This document shows positions 1 through 13,381 of a stretch of 64,000 bases of DNA, one piece after another (position 1 is the stretch's first letter; each line of letters starts with the position of its first letter). The position numbers were made by a program, and so were the translations under genes. Origin of the DNA: Eledone cirrhosa (Eukaryota). The stretch is from positions 43,958,001 through 44,022,000 of the forward strand of contig OZ024744.1 of NCBI GenBank assembly GCA_964016885.1, in the 5' to 3' direction. Below the pieces are notes generated by a model. It searched no databases and had not been told where the DNA came from. It saw nothing but the letters and a program-made list of their open reading frames with translations.

Positions 1-3000
1 GCTTATTAGCTATCGTCAGCAACGTATACCTTCCTGCAAGATTGTTGAACGTATATACATACCTTATGCATATTAACGGCTGAGTAGCCCAATGTGCATA
101 TCGAGTGGGTTAATCAGCCGGTTGCAACGAAAACGATAAACGGAAAAGATGAAACGAAATTTCATTTCCCACTCTTAGTACGGCTATCACTTAAATATAA
201 GTATGTACACGTACATACATATATGTATGCAGACGTACAGTAGTATGTATATATACATACATGCACACATATATATATGCACGTATGGATTCACAGAACA
301 TTTATTATTATTCTCGGTGTGTTTGTAAACATACATCCCGTATTAAGCCGTAGTATCTAGCAACCATCGCTGCTCGTTTGTTCAATACTGACAAAGGAAC
401 GCTGTACTAATTTCAAGCTTATTAGCTATCGTCAGCAACGTATACCTTCCTACCAGATTGTTGAACGTATATACTTACCTTATGCATATTTACGACTGAG
501 TAGCACAATTTGCAGATCGAGTGGGTTAATTGGCCGGGTGCACAGAAAACGATAAACGGAAAAGATGAAACGAAATTTCATTTCCCACTCTTAATACGAC
601 TGTTACTGAAATATAAGTATGTACACGTACATACATACATGTATACACATGTACAGTAGTATGTATATATATATACATACATGCACACATTAATATATGC
701 ACGTATGGATTCACCGAACATTTATTATAATGCTCGGTGTGTTTGTAAACAAACATCCCGTATTAAGCCGTAGTGTCTAGTAACCGTCGTTGCTCAATTG
801 TTTAACAGTGACAAAGGAACACTGTACTAGTTTCAAGCTTATTAGCTATCGTCAGCAACGTATACCTTCCTGCCAGATTGTTGAACGTATATACTTACCT
901 TATGCATATTAACGGCTGAGTAGCTCAATTTGCATATTGAGTGGGTTAATCGGCCGGCTGCACAGAATACGATAAACGGAAAAGATGAAACGAAATTTCA
1001 TTTCCACTCTTAGTACCGCTATTACTTAAATATAAGAATGTACACGTACATAGATATATGTATACAGACGTACAGTAGTATGTATATATATACATACATG
1101 CACATATATATATATATACGTATGGATTCACCGAACATTTATTATAATGCTCGGTGTGTTTGTAAACAAACATCCCGTATTAAGCCGCAGTGTCTAGTAA
1201 CCATCGTTGCTCGTTTGTTCAACAGTGACAGAGCAACGCTGTACTAGTTTCAAGCTTATTAGCTATCGTCAGCAACGTATACCTTTCTGCCAGATTGTTG
1301 AACGTATATACTTACCTTATGCATATTAACGGCTGAGTTGACCACTTTGCATATCGAGTGGGTTAATCGGCCAGACGCACCGAAAACGATAAACGGAAAA
1401 AAATGAAACGAAATTTCATTTCCCACTCTTAGTGCGGCTGTTTTTTAAATATAAGTATGTACACGTAAATACATATATGTATACAGACGTACAGTAGTAT
1501 GTATATATATATATATACATGCAAACATATATATATATGCACGTATGATTCACAGAACATTTATTATAATGCTCGGTGTGTTTGTAAACAAACATCCCGT
1601 ATTAAACCGCAGTGTCTAGTAACCATCGTTGCTCATTTGTTCAACAGTGACAAAGGAACACTGTACTAGTTTCAAGCTTATTAGCTATCGTCAGCAACGT
1701 ATACCTTCCTGCTAGATTGTTGAACGTACATACTTACCTTATGCATATTAACGGCTGAGTAGCCCAATTTGCATATCGAGTGGGATAATCGGCCGGGTGC
1801 AACGAAAACGATAAACGGAAAAGATGAAACGAAATTTCATTTCCCACACTTAGTACGGCTTTTACTTAAATATAAGTATGTACACGTACATACATATATG
1901 TATACAGACGTACAGTAGTATGTATATATATATACATACATGCACACATATATATATGCGCGTATGGAGTCACAGAACATTTATTATAATGCTCGGTGTG
2001 TTTGTAAACAAACATCACGTATTAAGACGTAGTGTCTAGTAACCATCGTTACTCATTTGTTCAACAGTGACAAAGGAACACTGTACTAGTTTCAAGCTTA
2101 TTATCTATCGTCAGCAACGTATACCTTCCTGCTAGATTGTTGAACGTATATACTTACCTTATGCATATTACCGGCTGAGTAGCCCAATTTGCATATCGAG
2201 TGGGTTAATCGGCCAGGTGCACCGAAAACGATAAACGGAAAAAATTAAACGAAATTTCATTTCCAAATCTTAGTACAGCTGGTACTTAAATATAAGTATG
2301 TACACGTACAGACATATATGTATACAGATGTACAGTAGTATGTATATATATATACATACATGCACACATATATATATGCGCGTATAGAGTCACAGAACAT
2401 TTATTATAATGCTCGGTGTGTTTGTAAACAAACATCCCGTATTAAGCAGTAGTGTCTAGCAACCATCGTTGCTCGTTTATTTAACACGAACAAAGGAACG
2501 CAGTACGTGTTTCAAGCTTATTAGCTATCGTCAGAAACGTATACCTTCCTGCCAGATTGTTGAACGTATATACTTACCTTATGCATATTAACGGCTGAGT
2601 AGCCCAATTTGCATATCGAGTGGGGTAATCGACCGGGTGCACAGAAAACGATAAACGGAAAAGATCGAACGAAATATCATTTCCCACTCTTAGTACGGCT
2701 GTTACTTAAATATAAGTATGTACACGTACATACATATATGTATACAGACGTGCAGTAGTATGTATATATATATATATACATACATGCACACATATATATA
2801 TGCACGTATGGATTCACAGAACATTTATTATAATGCTCGGTGTGTTTGTAAACAAACATCCCGTATTAAGCCGTAGTGTCTAGCAACCATCGTTGCTCGT
2901 TTGTTCAACACTGACAAAGGAACTCTGTAGGTGTTTCAAGCTTATTTCCTATCGTCAGCAACGTATACCTTCCTGCCAGATTGTTGAACGTATATACTTA

Positions 3001-6000
3001 CCTTATGCATATTAACGGCTGAATAGCCCAATTTGCATATCGAGTGGGTTAATCGACCGGGTGCACAGAAAACGATAAACGGAAAAGATGGAACGAAATA
3101 TCATTTCCCACTCTTAGTACGGCTGTTACTTAAATATAAGTATGTACACGTACATACATATATGTATACAGACGTGCAGTAGTTTGTATATATATATACA
3201 TACATGCACACATATATATATGTACGTATGGATCCACCGATTATTTATTATAATGCTCGGTGTGTTTGTAAACAAACATCCCGTATAAAACCGTAGTGTC
3301 TAGCAACCATCGTTGCTCGTTTTTTCAACACTCACAAAGGAACGCTATACTAGTTTCAAGCTTATTAGTTATCGTCAACAACGTAAACTTTCCTGCCAGA
3401 TTGTTGAACGTATATACTTACCTTATGCATATTAACGCCTGAGTAGCCCAATTTGCATATCGAGTGTGTTAATCGGCCGGGTGCACCGAAAACGATAAAC
3501 GGAAAAAATGAAACCAAATTTCATTTCCCACTCTTAGTACGGCTTTTTTTAAGTATAAGTATGTACGCGTACATACATATATGTATACAGACGTACAGTA
3601 GTATGTATATATATATACATACATGCACACATTAATATATGCACGTATGGATTCACCGAACATTTATTATAATGGTCGGTGTGTTTGTAAACAAACATCC
3701 CGTATTAAGCCGTAGTGTCTAGTAACCATCGTTGCTCGTTTGTTCAACACTCACAAAGGAACGCTGTACTAGTTTCAAGCTTATTATCTATCGTCAGCAA
3801 CGTATACCTTCCTGCTAGAATGTTGAACGTGTATACTTACCTTATGCATATTAACGGATGAGTAGATCAATTTGCATATCGAGTGGGTTAATCGGCCGGG
3901 TGCACAGAAAACGATAAACGGAAAAGATGAAACGAAATTTCATTTCCCACTCTTAGTACGACTGTTACCTAAATATAAGTATGTACACGTACATACATAT
4001 ATGTATACAGACGTACAGTAGTATGTATATATATACATACATGCACACATATATATAAGCACGTATGGATTCACCAAACATTTATTATAATGCTCGGTGT
4101 GTTTGTAAACAAACATCCCGTATTAAGCCGCAGTGTCTAGTAACCATCGTTGCTCGTTTGTTCAACAGTGACAAAGGAACGCTGTACTAGTTTCAAGCTT
4201 ATTAGCTATCGTCAGCAACGTATTCCTTCCTGCTAGATTGTTGAACGTATATACTTACCTTATGCATATTAACGGCTGAGTAGCCCAATTTGCATATCGA
4301 GTGGGTTAATCGGCCTGGTGAAGTGAATACGATAAACGGAAAAAAAATAAAACGAAATTTCTTTTTCCACTCTTAGTACGGCTTTTACTTAAATATAAGT
4401 ATGTACACGTACATACACATATGTATACAGACGTACAGTAGTATGTATATATTTATACATACATGCACACAATAATATATGCACGTATGGATTCACTTAA
4501 CATTTATTAGAATGCTCTGTGTGTATGTAAACAAACATCCCGTATTAAGCCGCAGTGTCTAGTAACCATCGTTGCTCGTTTGTTCAACACTGACAAAGGA
4601 ACGCTGTACTAGTTTCAAGCTTATTAGCTATCGTCAGCAACGTATACCTTCCTGCCAGATTGTTGAACGTATATACTTACCTTATGCATATTAATGGCTG
4701 AGTTGCCCAATTTGCATATCGAGTGGGTTAATCGGCCAGGCGCACCGAAAACGATAAAGGGAAAAAATGAAACGAAATTTCATTTCCCACTCTTAGTACG
4801 GCTTTTTTTAAGTATAAGTATGTACACGTACATACATATATGTATACAGACGTACAGTAGTATGTATATATATATACATACATGCAGACATTAATATATG
4901 CACGTATGGATTCACCGAACATTTATTATAATGCTCGGTGTGTTTGTAAACAAACATCACGTATTAAGCCGTAGTGTCTAGTAACCATCGTTGGTCATTT
5001 GTTCAACAGTGACAAAGGAACGCTGTACTAGTTTCAAGCTTATTAGCTATCGTCAGCAACGTATACCTTCCTGCTAGATTGTTGAACGTATATACTTACC
5101 TTATGCATATTAACGGCTGAGTAGCCCAATTTGCATATCGAGTGGGATAATCGGCCGGGTGCAACGAAAACGATATACGGAAAAAATGAAACGAAATTTC
5201 ATTTCCCAATCTTAGTACGGCTGTTACTAAAATATAAGTATGTACACGTACATACCTATATGTATACAGACGTACAGAAGTATGTATATATATATATACA
5301 TACATGCACACATATATATATGCACGTATGGATTCACAGAACATTTATTATAATGCTCGGTGTGTTTGTAAACAAACATCCCGTATTAAGCCGTAGTGTC
5401 TAGCAACCATCGTTGCTCGTTTGTTCAACACTGACAAAGGAACGCTGTACTAGTTTCAAGCTTATTAGCTATCGTCAGCAACGTATACCTTCCTGCCAGA
5501 TTGTTGAACGTATATACTTACCTTATGCATATTAACGGCTGAGTAGCTCAATTTGCATATCGAGTGGGTTAATCGGCCGGGTGCACAGAAAACGATAAAC
5601 GGAAAAGATGAAACGAAATTTCATTTCCCACTCTTAGTACGACTGTTACCTAAATATAAGTATGTACACGTACATACATATATGTATACAGACGTACAAT
5701 AGTATGTATATATATATACATACATGCACACGTTAATATATGCACGTATGGATTCACTGAACATTTATTATAATGCTCGGTGTGTTTGTAAACAAACATC
5801 CCGTATTAAGCCGTAGTGTCTAGCAACCATCGTTGCTCGTTTGTTCAACACTGACAAAGGAACGCTGTACTAGTTTCAAACTTATTAGCTATCGTCAGCA
5901 ACGTATACCTTCCTGCCAGATTGTTGAACGTATATACTTACCTTATGCATATTAACGGCTGAGTAGCCCAATTTGCATATCGAGTGGGTTAATCGGCCAG

Positions 6001-9000
6001 TTGCACCGAAAACGATAAACGGAAAAAATGAAACGAAACTTCATTTCCCACTCTTAGGACGGCTGATTTTAAATATAAGTATGTACACTTACATACATAT
6101 ATGTGTACAGACGTACAGTAGTATGTATATATATACATACATGCACACATATATATATAGGCACGTATGGATTCACAGAACATTTATTATAATGCTCGGT
6201 GTGTTTGTAAACAAACATCCCGTATTAAGCCATAGTGTCTAGTGACCATCGTTGCTCGTTTGTTCAACAATCACAAAGGAACGCTGTACTAGTTTCAAGC
6301 TTATTATCTATCGTCAGCAACGTATACCTTCCTGCTAGAATGTTGAACGTATATACTTACCTCATGCATATTAACGGCTGAGTAGCCCAATTTGCATATC
6401 AAGTGGGTTAATCGGCCGGGTGCACAGAAAACGATAAATGGAAAAGATGAAATGAAATTTCATTTCCCACTCTTAGTACGACTGTTACCTAAATATAAGT
6501 ATGTACACCTAAATACATATATGTATACAGACGTACAGTAGTATGTATATATATACATACATGCAAACATATATATATATGCACGTATGGATTCACAGAA
6601 CATTTATTATAATGCTCTGTGTGTTTGTAAACAAACATCCCGTATTAAGCCGTAGTGTCTATTAACCATCGTTGCTCGTTTGTTCAACACGGACAAAGGA
6701 ACGCTGTACTAGTTTCAAGCTTATTAGCTATCGTCAGCAACGTATACCTTCCTGCCAGATCGTTGAACGTATATACTTAACTTATGCATATTAACGGCTG
6801 AGTTGCCCAATTTGCATATCGAGTGGGTTAATCGGCCATGTGCACCGAAAACGATAAACGGAAAAAATGAAACGAAATTTCATTTCCCACTCTTAGTACG
6901 GCTGTTTTTAAATATAAGTATGTACACGTAAATACATATATGTATACAGACGTACAGTAGTATGTATATATATACATACATGCACACATATATATATATG
7001 CACTTATGGATTCATAGAACATTTATTATAATTCTCGGTGTGTTTGTAAACAAACATCCCGTATTAAGCCGTAGTGTCTAGTAACCATCGTTGCTCGTTT
7101 GTTCAACACTCACAAAGGAACGCTGTACTAGTTTCAAGCTTATTATCTATCGTCAGCAACGTATATCTTCCTGCTAGACTGTTGAACGTATATACTTACC
7201 TTATGCATATTTACGGCTGAGTAGCCCAATTTGCATATCGAGTGGGTTAATCGGCAGGGTGCACCGAAAACGATAAAGGGAAAAAATGAAACGAAAATTC
7301 ATTTCCCACTCTTAGTACAGCTGTTTTTAAATATAAGTATGTACACGTACATACATATATGTATACAGACGTACAGTAGTATGTATATATATACATGCAT
7401 GCACACACATATATATATATGCACGTATGGATTCACCGAATATTTATTATAATGCTCGGTGTGTTTGTAAACAAACATCCCGTATTAAGCCGTAGTGTCT
7501 AGCAACCATCGTTGCTCGTTTGTTCAACACTGACAAAGGAACGCTGTACTAGTTTCAAGCTTATTAGCTATCGTCAGCAACGTATACCTTCCTGCCAGAT
7601 CGTTGAACGTATATACTTAACTTATGCATATTAACGGCTGAGTTGCCCAATTTGCATATCGAGTGGGTTAATCGGCCGGGTGCACCGAAAACGATAAACG
7701 GAAAAAATGAAACGAAATTTCATTTCCCACTCTTAGTACTGCTGTTTTTAAATATAAGTATGTACACGTACATACTTATATGTATACAGACGTACAGTAG
7801 TATGTATATATATATATATACATACATGCACACATATATATATATGCACGTATGGATTCACAGAACATTTATTATAATTCTCGGTGTGTTTGTAAACAAA
7901 CATCCCGGATTAAGCCGTAGTGTCTAGTAACCATCGTTGCTCGTTTGTTCAACACTCACAAAGGAACGCTGTACTAGTTTCAAGCTTATTATCTATCGTC
8001 AGCAACGTATATCTTCCTGCTAGACTGTTGAACGTATATACTTACCTTATGCATATTTACGGCTGAGTAGCCCAATTTGCATATCGAGTGGGTTAATCGG
8101 CAGGGTGCACCAAAAACGATAAAGGGAAAAAATGAAACGAAAATTCATTTCCCACTCTTAGTACAGCTGTTTTTAAATATAAGTATGTACACGTACATAC
8201 ATATATGTATACAGACGTACAGTAGTATGTATATATATACATGCATGCACACACATATATATATATGCACGTATAGATTCACCGAACATTTATTATAATG
8301 CTCGGTGTGTTTGTAAACAAACATCCCGTATTAAGCCGTAGTGTGTAGTAACCATCGTTGCTCGTTTGTTCAACACTCACAAAGGAACGCTGTACTAGTT
8401 TCAAGCTTATTATCTATCGTCAGCAACGTATACCTTCCTGCTAGAATGTTGAACGTATATACTTACCTTATGCATATTAACGGCTGAGTAGCCTAATTTG
8501 CATATCGTGTGGGTTAATCGGCCGGGTGCACCGAAAATGATAAAGGGAAAAAATGAAACGAAATTTCATTTCCCACTCTTAGTACGGCTGTTTTTAAATA
8601 TAAGTATGTACACGTACATACACATATGTATACAGACGTACAGTAGTATGTATATATATATATATACATACATGCACACATATATATATATGCACGTATG
8701 GATTCACAGAACATTTATTATAATTCTCGGTGTGTTTGTAAACAAACATCCCGGATTATGCCGTAGTGTCTAGTAACCATCGTTGCTCGTTTGTTCAGCA
8801 CTCACAAAGGAACGCTGTACTAATTTCAAGCTTATTAGCTATCGTCAGCAACGTATACCTTCCTGCCAGATTGTTGAACGTATATACTTACCTTATGCAT
8901 ATTAACGGCTGAGTAGCCCAATTTGCATGTCGAGTGGGGAAACCGGCCGGGTGCACCGAAACGATAAACGGAAAAAATGAAACGAAATTTCATTTCCAAC

Positions 9001-12000
9001 TCTTAGTACGGCTGGTACTTAGATATAAGTCTGTACACGTACATAGATATATGTATACAGACGTACAGTATTATGTATATATATACATACATGCACACAT
9101 ATATATATGCACGTATGGATTCACCTAAGATTTATTATAATGCTCGCTGTGTTTGTAAACAAACATACCGTATTAAGCCGTTGTATGTAGCAACCATCGT
9201 TGCTCGTTTGTTCAACACTCACAAAGGAACGCTGTACTAGTTTCAAGCTTATTAGCTATCGTCAGCAACGTATACCTTCCTGCCAGATTGTTGAACGTAT
9301 ATACTTACTTTATGCATATTAACGGCTGAGTAGCCCAATTTGCATGTCGAGTGGGGTAACCGGCCGGGTGCAGCGAAACGATAAACGGAAAAAATGAAAC
9401 GAAATTTCATTTCCAACTCTTAGTACGGCTGGTACTTAGATATAAGTCTGTACACGTACATAGATATATGTATACAGACGTACAGTATTATGTATATATA
9501 TACATACATGCACACATATATATATGCACGTATGGATTCACCGAAGATTTATTATAATGCTCGCTGTGTTTGTAAACAAACATCCCGGATTATGCCGTAG
9601 TGTCTAGTAACCATCGTTGCTCGTTTGTTCAGCACTCACAAAGGAACGCTGTACTAATTTCAAGCTTATTAGCTATCGTCAGCAACGTATACCTTCCTGC
9701 CAGATTGTTGAACGTACAACTTACCTTATGCATATTAACGGCTGAGTAGCCCAATTTGCATATCGAGTGGGTTAATCAGCCAGGTGCAACGAAAACGATA
9801 AATGGTAAAAATGAAACGAAATTTCATTTCCCACTCTTAGTACGGCTGGTACTTAAATATAAGTCTGTACACGTCCATAGATATATGTATACAGACTTAC
9901 AGTATTATGTATATATATATACATACATGCACACATATATATATGCACGTATGGATTCACCGAACATTTATTATAATGCTCGGTGTGTTTGTAAACAAAC
10001 ATCCCGTATTAAGCCGTAGTGTCTAGCAACCATCTTTGCTCGTTTGTTCAACACTCACAAAAGAACGCTGTACTAGTTTCAAGCTTATTAGTTATCGTCA
10101 ACAACGTATACCTTCCTGCCTGATTGTTGAACGTATATACTTACCTTATGCATATTAACGACTGAGTAGCCCAATTTGCATATCGAGTTGGTTAATCGGC
10201 CGGGTTCACTGAAAACGATAAACCGAAAAAATGAAACGAAATTTCATTTCCCAGTCTTAGTACGGCTGTTACTTAAATATAAGTATGTACACGTACATAC
10301 ATATATGTATACAGACGTACAGTATTATTTATATATAAATACATGCACACACATATATATATATATATATATATGCACATATGGATTCACCGTATATTTA
10401 TTATAATGCTCGCTGTGTTTGTAAACAAACATCCCGTATTAAGCCATAGTGTCTAGCAACCATCGTTGCTCGTTTGTTCAACACTGACAAAGGAACGCTG
10501 TACTAGTTTCAAGCTTATTAGCTTTCGTCAGAAACGTATACCTTCCTGCCAGATTGTTGAACGTATATACTTACCTTATGCATATTAACGGCTGAGTAGC
10601 TCAATTTGCATATCTAGAGGGTTAATCGGCCAGGTGCACCGAAAACGATAAACGGAAAAAATGAAACGAAATTTCATTTCCCACTCTTAGTACGGCTGTT
10701 TTTAAATATAAGTATGTACACGTAAATACATATATGTATACAGACGTACAGTAGTGTGTATATATATACATACATGCACACATATATATATATGCACGTA
10801 TGGATTCACAGAACATTTATTATAAGGCTCGGTGTGTTTGTAAACAAACATCACGTATTAAGCCGTAGTGTCTAGTAACCATCGTTGCTCGTTTGTTCAA
10901 CACTCACAAAGGAACGCTGTACTAGTTTGAAGCTTATTATCTATCGTCAGCAACGTATACCTTCCTGCTAGAATGTTGAACGTATATAATTACCTTATGC
11001 ATATTAACGGCTGAGTAGCCCAATTTGCATATCGAGTGGGTTAATCGGCCGGGTGCACCGAAAATGATAAAGGGAAAAAATGAAACGAAATTTCATTTCC
11101 CACTCTTAGTACGGCTGTTTTTAAATATAAGTATGTACACGTACATACATATATGTATACAGACGTACAGTAGTATGTATATATATACATACATGCACAC
11201 ATATATATATGCACGTATGGATTCACAGAACATTTATTATAATGCTCGGTGTGTTTGTAAACAAACATCCCGTATTAAGCCGTAGTATGTAGCAACCATC
11301 GTTGCTCGTTTGTTCAACACTGACAAAGGAACGCTGTACTAGTTTCAAGCTTATTAGCTATCGTCAGCAACGTATACCTTCCTGCCAGATTGTTGAACGT
11401 ATATACTTACCTTATGCATATTAACGGCTGAGTAGCCCAATTTGCATGTCGAGTGGGGAAACCGGCCGGGTGCACCGAAACGATAAACGGAAAAAATGAA
11501 ACGAAATTTCATTTCCAACTCTTAGTACGGCTGGTACTTAGATATAAGTCTGTACACATACATAGATATATGTATACAGACGTACAGTATTATGTATATA
11601 TATACATACATGCATACATATATATATGCACGTATGGATTCACCGAAGATTTATTATAATGCTCGCTGTGTTTGTAAACAAACATACCGTATTAAGCCAT
11701 AGTGTCTAGCAACCATCGTTTCTCGTTTGTCAAAACTGTCAAAGGAACGCTGTGCTAGTTTCAAACTTATTAGCTATCTTCAGCAACGTATACCTCACAC
11801 CAGATTGTTGAACGTACAACTTACCTTATGCATATTAACGGCTGAGTAGCCCAATTTGCATATCGAGTGGGTTAATCAGCCAGGTGCAACGAAAACGATA
11901 AACGGTAAAAATGAAACGAAATTTCATTTCCCACTCTTAGTACGGCTGGTACTTAAATATAAGTCTGTACACGTACATAGATATATGTATACAGACTTAC

Positions 12001-13381
12001 AGTATTATGTATATATATATATACATACATGCACACATATATATATGCACGTATGGATTCACCGAACATTTATTATAATGCTCGGTGTGTTTGTAAACAA
12101 ACATCCCGTATTAAGCCGTAGTGTCTAGCAACCATCGTTGCTCGTTTGTTCAACACTCACAAAAGAATGCTGTACTAGTTTCAAGCTTATTAGTTATCGT
12201 CAACAACGTATACCTTCCTGCCAGATTGTTGAATGTATATACTTACCTTATGCATATTAACGACTGAGTAGCCCAATTTGCATATCGAGTTGGTTAATCG
12301 GCCGGGTTCACTGAAAACGATAAAGCGAAAAAATGAAACGAAATTTCATTTCCCAGTCTTAGTACGGCTGTTACTTAAATATAAGTATGTACACGTACAT
12401 ACATATATGTATACAGACGTACAGTAGTATGTATATATATATAAATACATGCACACACATATATATATATATATATGCACATATGGATTCACCGTACATT
12501 TATTATAATGCTCGCTGTGTTTGTAAACAAACATCCCGTATTAAGCCATAGTGTCTAGCAACCATCGTTGCTCGTTTGTCAAAACTCTCAAAGGAACGCT
12601 GTACTAGTTTCAAAGTTATTAGCTATCTTCAGCAACGTATACCTTACACCAGATTGTTGAACGTACAAATTACCTCATGCATATTAACGGCTGAGTAGCC
12701 CAATTTGCATATCGAGTGGGTTAATCGGCCGAGTGCACCGAAAACGATAAACGGAAAAGATGAAACGAAATTTCATTTCCCACTCTTAGTACGGCTGATT
12801 TTAAAAATAAGTATGTACACGTACATACATATATGTATAAAGACGTACAGTAGTATGTATATATATATACATACATGCACACATATATATATGCACGTAT
12901 GGATTCACAGAACATTTACTATAATGCTCGGTGTGTTTGTAAACAAAGATCCCGTATTAAGCCGTAGTGTCTAGCAACCATCGTTACTCGTTTGTTCAAT
13001 ACTGACAAAGGAATGCTGTACTAGTTTCAAGCTTATTAGCTATCGTCAGCACCGTATACGTTCCTGCCAGATTGTTGAACGTATATACTTACTTTATGCA
13101 TATTAACAGCTGAGTAGTCCAATTTGCATATCGAGTCGGTTAATCGGCCAGGTGCACCGAAAACGATAAACGGAAAAAATGAAACGGAATTTCATTTACC
13201 ACTCTTAGTACGGCTGTTACTTAAATATAAGTATGTACACGTACATCCATATATGTATACAGACGTACAGTAGTATGTATATATATACATACATGCACAC
13301 ATATATATATGCACGTATGGATTCACCGAACATTTATTATAATGCTCGGTGTGTTTGTAAACAAATATCCTGTATTAAGCC
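1..13381 (-). repeat. Tandem satellite, ~420-bp unit, ~32 copies; hammerhead-ribozyme-containing (retrozyme-like) array
   Basis: Marker tcgtcag recurs near 12, 429, 849, 1266, 1688 ... 12626, 13043 (32 occurrences, mean period ~420 bp). Units differ by point changes and internal (TA)n length. The array runs off the left edge. Strand is given as the ribozyme-sense strand. Confidence 0.97.
1236..1278 (-). ncRNA. Minimal type I hammerhead ribozyme (representative copy; the motif recurs once per 420-bp unit, 31 complete sites)
   Basis: Minus strand reads ACGUUG CUGACGA U AGCU AAUA AGCU U GAAA CUAG UA CAGCGU. Stem I is ACGUUG/CAGCGU (6 bp, one G-U), core CUGANGA, stem II AGCU/AGCU, then GAAA and palindromic stem III A-CUAG-U. 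GUA cleavage triplet, cut predicted between 1242 and 1241. Confidence 0.9.

Noticed and set aside
526-13337. Many 60-94 aa ORFs (MHIEWVNRP..., MFVYKHTEH...) in the 420-bp satellite
   Set aside because: Frames shift with (TA)n length from unit to unit, products are YI/HT low-complexity, and no domain is recognisable.
1-13381. CRISPR-like array, or tandem U1/5S/tRNA gene cluster
   Set aside because: Whole units repeat with no unique spacers and there are no cas genes. Only the 10-nt ATACTTACCT matches U1, with no U1 stem-loops or Sm site following. No 5S or tRNA fold seen.
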